From Candidatus Methanomethylophilaceae archaeon (lineage in GTDB: Archaea; Thermoplasmatota; Thermoplasmata; Methanomassiliicoccales; Methanomethylophilaceae), in the NCBI GenBank assembly GCA_050950505.1, contig JBMNHS010000001.1, positions 352,001 through 416,000 of the forward strand: a DNA stretch of 64,000 nt, in the 5' to 3' direction. The position numbers and the translations under genes were made by a program. This document shows, one piece after another, positions 58,449-64,000 of the stretch. Position 1 is the first letter of the stretch. Every line of letters starts with the position of its first letter. Under the pieces are notes generated by a model. That model was given only the letters and a program-made list of their open reading frames with translations. It did not search any database and was not told the DNA's origin.

Positions 58449-59522
58449 ATGTTCAACGGTCTCAAAGGCAAACTGAAGGGATTTTTCAAAAGGACTCCCA
58501 AAGACCTAGAAGAAACGGTCTACGGGGACGAAGAGAAACCTGAAGAGACCGATGCCGTAGAGGATGTTGAAATTTCGGAACCCGAACCTGAGAAGAAGCC
58601 CAAACTCTCACGTCGTGAAAGGATAAAGGCGGAAAAGGCTCAGAAGAAAGAAACCGAAGATCTTTTGGACGGGGACTTCGGAAAAAGAATCAAGGACAAG
58701 GATTTGGAATCCGTCCTCGACGAATTGGAAATCATACTTTTGGAAGCGGATGTTGCTTTATCCGTTGCCGATGAAATAAAAGAAGGGGTTTGGAAAAACC
58801 TTACCGGTAGAAAATACAGCAGAAAATACCGTTTGGACGAAATCGTCGAAATGGCCGTACGGGATGCCGTTCACGAAGTTCTTAAAATCAATTCCTTCGA
58901 TTTTGATGAATGGATACAGGATATCGAGAAACCTGTCGTGGTTATGTTCGTCGGCATAAACGGAACCGGCAAAACAACGGCCATAGCCAAAATGGCCAAC
59001 CGTCTGCAGAATGACGGCAAGACGGTTGTGATGGCGGCCTGTGACACGTTCAGAGCCGGCGCAATCGAACAACTGTCCGTGCATGCCGAACGTCTGGGCA
59101 CCAAAATCGTTAAACACGGTCAGGACGCGGATCCTGCGGCCGTTGCGTATGACGCGATAGAACATGCCAAGTCAAGAAGAAGAGATGTGGTTCTCATCGA
59201 TACCGCGGGTCGGATGCAGACGAACAACAACTTAATCGAAGAAATGAAAAAGATATCGAGAATCGCCAAACCCGATCTGAAGATATTCGTCGGTGATTCT
59301 CTCGCGGGCAACGATGCCGTGGAACAGGCGAAGGTGTTCGATGCCGCCATAGGCGTGGATGCCATCATTCTGACCAAAATAGACACCGACGCCAAAGGCG
59401 GTGCTGCGTTGTCCATCGCACATACCATCGGCAAACCGATTGCCTTCGTGTGTGACGGTCAGGAATACAAAGACATCCAGAAATTCAACGCACAATGGAT
59501 GTTGGACCGTCTGTTTGATTGA
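58449..59522 (+). CDS. ftsY: signal recognition particle receptor
   Basis: GINGTGKTT, DTFRAGA, DTAGR and TKIDTDAKGG motifs. Confidence 0.96.
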   Translation: MFNGLKGKLKGFFKRTPKDLEETVYGDEEKPEETDAVEDVEISEPEPEKKPKLSRRERIKAEKAQKKETEDLLDGDFGKRIKDKDLESVLDELEIILLEADVALSVADEIKEGVWKNLTGRKYSRKYRLDEIVEMAVRDAVHEVLKINSFDFDEWIQDIEKPVVVMFVGINGTGKTTAIAKMANRLQNDGKTVVMAACDTFRAGAIEQLSVHAERLGTKIVKHGQDADPAAVAYDAIEHAKSRRRDVVLIDTAGRMQTNNNLIEEMKKISRIAKPDLKIFVGDSLAGNDAVEQAKVFDAAIGVDAIILTKIDTDAKGGAALSIAHTIGKPIAFVCDGQEYKDIQKFNAQWMLDRLFD

Positions 59523-59907
59523 ATGTGCTTCAATGACAGATTTTTACTTCATAGCCACCGGCTCACGTACAGATGTGAATTCTGAACGTTTGAAACTTTG
59601 TCGTATCTTTGATTGACGTTTAGATTGAAGAGGATCTTCCGCATTTGACATTGATTCGTTAAACGCGTTCCTTGCATAAAACATTAAAATGACACGGAAG
59701 CTCTTCCTATGGTCAAAATCATACAGTCTACCATCAAGATAACTGGACGTTTGAAGATTATGAATTGTAAAACTACAGATTAATTTCTGACTATCGGCGT
59801 CAACTCAGGTGCCGCATATTCGATTATTTGTAATAAAACGAATGACAATTATCAGAATTAACTCTCAATAATTTTTAAGAATAAAATGGGAATGAAAAGA
59901 GTTTGTT

Positions 59908-59945
59908 GTCACGGACACAGTCGCAAAAGCGATTATGCCCGTGAC
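59908..59945 (-). terminator. hairpin plus T-rich tail terminating the surface-protein gene
   Basis: GTCACGGACACAGTCGC-AAAA-GCGATTATGCCCGTGAC. Two A-C mismatches become G.U pairs on the minus strand, which continues into T-rich tracts. Confidence 0.6.
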
Positions 59946-59977
59946 TTAAGCTAACACTGAAGCTTCGTTTCGAAACT

Positions 59978-62900
59978 TCAGTTCCTCCTGTTCAGGATTA
60001 CGAACATGGCGACTACGATTACAATAATCGAAGCCAGCGCTATGCCGATTAGCGGCATGTAGTTAGGGCTTCCCTCACCGGATTCGGCAGATTCTCCCAG
60101 GATGTAGTAGGAACAGTGAGTCAAGGTGAAGACAGCATATCCGTCATCGTCAACAACGATTTCCTGTCCCTGATCCTCCAGCTCGTTCGATTCTTCGTTG
60201 AAGAAGAACAGCGAGATTACTGTGCCGCTTGCGAACTTGTCTCCGACGTAATATTTTACGGAAGCTTCCATCGGCAGGGTTCCGCTTGCGCTGAAATCAA
60301 GCACCAGGGGATTCTCAATCTTGGATGCCTTCAGTGCCTCTGTCATTTCTTCGACGTCTTCCTTCACAGATACCTTGGGCTTGAAGGTTCCCGCGTCCGC
60401 TTTGTAATCGCCGCTGAACGACCAGGAGTACAATACCTTGTCGTCATCGTCAACCACGTCGATGACCAGAACCTTCTCTCCAATATTTTCAAAGACTGTG
60501 TTTCCGATTACGAAGTCATCGATTTCATCATCGAGCCTGATTACAGGGTTCTCGTTGGTTTCGATTATATCTTCGATATCATCGTCGGTCGGGGGTTCTT
60601 CAAATACCTTCAGCTTCCAAACGGCCGTGATTGTCAGGTCGTTCGCGGGCATCTTGACAGGAATCGCCGTATCCCATCTGACAAAATCGTAACCGGCTCT
60701 GGTCGGATTGGCAGGTGCCGTTATTTCCGTGTCATAATCCGCGATTATGGGATTGACAGTGGAACCGTCACCAGTATCGAAGGTTATGGTGTATTCCTCA
60801 ATTTCCCATATGGCGTACAGAGTGAAATCTTCGTTGAAAACTGTGTCTTCATCAAATACGAACTTCACAACAGGTTCTCCGGCGAGGTTCTTGGTCCACC
60901 CCATGAAGGCGTATCCCGTCAAGACGGGATCAGTAGGAGCTTCCGCCGGGGTGTTGTAATCTCCCGAAATCGAATCGATTTCAGAACCGTCACCGGTATC
61001 GAAGGTTATGGTGTATTTGATTGCGGTGTAAGTCACCGAGAACGTCACTTCGCCCTCGACGGTATATTTTCCGTCGGTGTCGATGGTTCCCGCAGTGGCC
61101 GAAAGTTTGGAAGTGTGTCCGGTCTTCGGATCTGCGGTTACCGTGAGGACGGTGCCGTATGCAATCTGGTCACCGGTGTCAATGGGGGTTTCTCCCTTCT
61201 TCACCGTTATTCCTTCACCGAAGTTTATGGTGTATTCGATTGGGTCCATCTTGGCGAAATAGGAAGTACCGGCCGTCGGTTCTGTGTCCGTGGTCACCGG
61301 TACGGTGAACTCGATGGATGCGAACCAACCTTTGAAGGTGTATCCGTCCTCAGAAGGATCCGTCGGTAATACAACCTTGTCCCCGGAATCCACCGTAGTC
61401 ACAATGTATGTTTGACCGTTGACAATCCAAGTAATGGTGTATGAAGACACCTTAAAACTCAGACCGCCTCCGAAGTCGATTTCAGCATTCTTGTAGAAAA
61501 CCTTCGCGGTATATCCGGCAGTGACGGTTTCCCCGTTCTGCAGGAATGCCTCAGGGGATTCGATTTCACCAAGAAGTACTACGACCAGGGCCGACAACAG
61601 TTTATCATCATTGAGTTTGAAAGGACCGTTTTCATCAATGTTCAATGTGCTGTCAAGACTCACGATTTCAGTCAGTGCGTTGACCAAACCAGATGCCGCA
61701 TTAAAGACATCAAGGGGATCTACGGTATCGGCGAACTCCACCGCTATGTTAACTTTGCCGTCATCGTCAATCTTCAGAGTAACGACAATGCCCTCATAGT
61801 TGGTGTTCAACGCGTCTATCTCGGTTTTCAGTGCATCAATCAGTGTTTCCATGGTTCCGATTGCAGTGAAACTCAGACCGCCTCCGAAGTCGATTTCAGC
61901 ATTCTTGTAGAAAACCTTCGCGGTATATCCGGCAGTGACGGTTTCCCCGTTCTGCAGGAATGCCTCAGGGGATTCGATTTCACCAAGAAGTACTACGACC
62001 AGGGCCGACAACAGTTTATCATCATTGAGTTTGAAAGGACCGTTTTCATCAATGTTCAATGTGCTGTCAAGACTCACGATTTCAGTCAGTGCGTTGACCA
62101 AACCAGATGCCGCATTAAAGACAGGGATTCGATTTCACCAAGAAGTACTACGACCAGGGCCGACAACAGTTTATCATCATTGAGTTTGAAAGGACCGTTT
62201 TCATCAATGTTCAATGTGCTGTCAAGACTCACGATTTCAGTCAGTGCGTCGACCAAACCAGATGCCGCATTAAAGACATCAAGGGGATCTACGGTATCGG
62301 CGAACTCCACCGCTATGTTAACTTTGCCGTCATCGTCAATCTTCAGAGTAACGACAATGCCCTCATAGTTGGTGTTCAACGCGTCTATCTCGGTTTTCAG
62401 TGCATCAATCAGTGTTTCCATGGTTCCGATTGCAGTGAAACTCAGACCGCCTCCGAAGTCGATTTCAGCATTCTTGTAGAAAACCTTCGCGGTATATCCG
62501 GCAGTGACGGTTTCCCCGTTCTGCAGGAATGCCTCAGGGGATTCGATTTCACCAAGAAGTACTACGACCAGGGCCGACAACAGTTTATCATCATTGAGTT
62601 TGAAAGGACCGTTTTCATCAATGTTCAATGTGCTGTCAAGACTCACGATTTCAGTCAGTGCGTTGACCAAACCAGATGCCGCATTAAAGACATCAAGGGG
62701 ATCTACGGTATCGGCGAACTCCACCGCTATGTTAACTTTGCCGTCATCGTCAATCTTCAGAGTAACGACAATGCCCTCATAGCCGGTGTTCAACGCGTCT
62801 ATCTCGGTTTTCAGTGCATCAATCAGTGTTTCCATGGTTCCGATTGCAGTGAAACTCAGACCGCCTCCGAAGTCGATTTCAGCATTCTTGTAGAAAACCT

Positions 62901-63366
62901 TCGCGGTATATCCGGCAGTGACGGTTTCCCCGTTCTGCAGGAATGCCTCAGGGGATTCGATTTCACCAAGAAGTACTACGACCAGGGCCGACAACAGTTT
63001 ATCATCATTGAGTTTGAAAGGACCGTTTTCATCAATGTTCAATGTGCTGTCAAGACTCACGATTTCAGTCAGTGCGTTGACCAAACCAGATGCCGCATTA
63101 AAGACATCAAGGGGATCTACGGTATCGGCGAACTCCACCGCTATGTTAACTTTGCCGTCATCGTCAATCTTCAGAGTAACGACAATGCCCTCATAGTTGG
63201 TGTTCAACGCGTCTATCCCTGTCTGGAAATCTGTTATGAAACCCTCTATTGTGCCTGTCTCGGGATCATCCGCATAGGCCGTGTCCGTACTTACGGCCAC
63301 GGCTCCTAATGCGAATACCGAGACTATTATGAAAGTCAGAAATTTCATCTGAGATTTGATATTCAT
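59978..63366 (-). pseudogene. adhesin-like surface protein (signal peptide, 138-aa repeats, InlB B-repeat/Flg_new domains, C-terminal TM), frameshifted at about 62123 in this assembly
   Basis: ORF pieces 62086..63366 and 59978..62101 carry the same repeat. YTITF...PTDP...GY.F.GW domains, THCSYY and a terminal TM followed by RRN are present. Removing the 155-bp duplication restores one 1077-aa ORF. Confidence 0.75.
61455..63217. repeat. near-identical 414-bp tandem repeats (about 4 copies plus a 155-bp internal duplication)
   Basis: Anchor aaactcagaccgcctccg at 61455, 61869, 62438 and 62852, giving spacings 414, 569 and 414. Confidence 0.95.
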
Positions 63367-64000
63367 AGAATGAAGACCATCATATCTTATTATAAAACTT
63401 GTCAAATTTGTATAAATACACAATATGCAATTGTGAGACAGCGTTATACAATTTCAATTTTCTGTGACTTGTTATAAAAATAAGCAAAGTATATAATCAA
63501 CTTTAGCAGTCCGATTCGATTTTTTACCCCGTCATTTCTTATATTATAGTATCTCCGACAGCTTTCAAATCCTTTAATTTTACGAAACACTCACATTTTC
63601 ATAAATTAAGGCAATAATTGTATTTTATTACGATTTTTATATGAATTATGTAATGAAATCGTACATAATATTCAAATTATCGATTCGCACGTTTTCTTAC
63701 CTGATAGATTAACACAAAATCCTGACAATAATAAAGAATAAACGTTCTTCCGCCAAGTGTATTTTTAACGGTTTTGTAAAAATAATATTTGTTTGTCTCT
63801 ACACAATACTGATTTTCGTTTCATATTTTGATTTTCTGCAACCGAGACAGAATCCCGTTCATGTCTCCGTTGCACACAAACACAGAACGCATCATCGACT
63901 GAACCTTTTCTTCCGGTCAATCTTCCCAATATCTCTGACAATGATATCCGTAAGTCCGGTCGTCGGTTAATCGTGAATCCTGTTTCGCTTATACGCAGAG

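Noticed and set aside
61455-63217. Possible CRISPR array or diversity-generating retroelement repeats
   Set aside because: The units are 414-bp in-frame coding repeats with no spacers. There is no cas or reverse transcriptase gene in the window and too few variant sites to indicate targeted mutagenesis.
63765-64000. Open minus-strand frame entering from the right edge
   Set aside because: It is short, has no recognisable motif, and cannot be judged without the adjacent sequence.

Overview
This is a gene-dense archaeal chromosome segment. The gene content points to Thermoplasmata, most likely Methanomassiliicoccales (inference): unsplit RpoB, RpoA'' with an N-terminal extra domain, bacterial-type gyrase, an HdrD-like CCG protein and an InlB-B-repeat adhesin-like protein. 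It is mostly core housekeeping DNA: the rpoH-B-A'-A''-rpl30e-nusA operon, cdc48, elp3, trxA/trxB, trm56, two Lhr helicases, rlmE, purM, gyrBA, a ThiC-family gene, nfo/ogg, fumarate hydratase subunits, nmd3, mcm, hps-rraA, htpX, priS, rplX-pfdA-ftsY and five tRNAs. I saw no mobile elements or CRISPR arrays. The most interesting signals are: (1) a 35-nt alternating purine-pyrimidine (Z-DNA-prone) tract fused to the gyrB TATA box, a candidate supercoiling sensor; (2) an AglB/STT3-like protein whose catalytic motifs are degenerate; (3) an HdrD-like Fe-S protein fused through a coiled coil to a Vsr/DUF559-like domain; (4) a surface protein with near-identical 414-bp repeats of an unrecognised 138-aa domain, broken by a 155-bp duplication that may be an assembly artefact; (5) no TAG among 54 stop codons, consistent with a pyrrolysine code; (6) four 53-60-nt divergent spacers built around one central TATA-like box; (7) a probable CTG start and several motif-degenerate enzymes. 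All family assignments come from motif recognition, not database searches.
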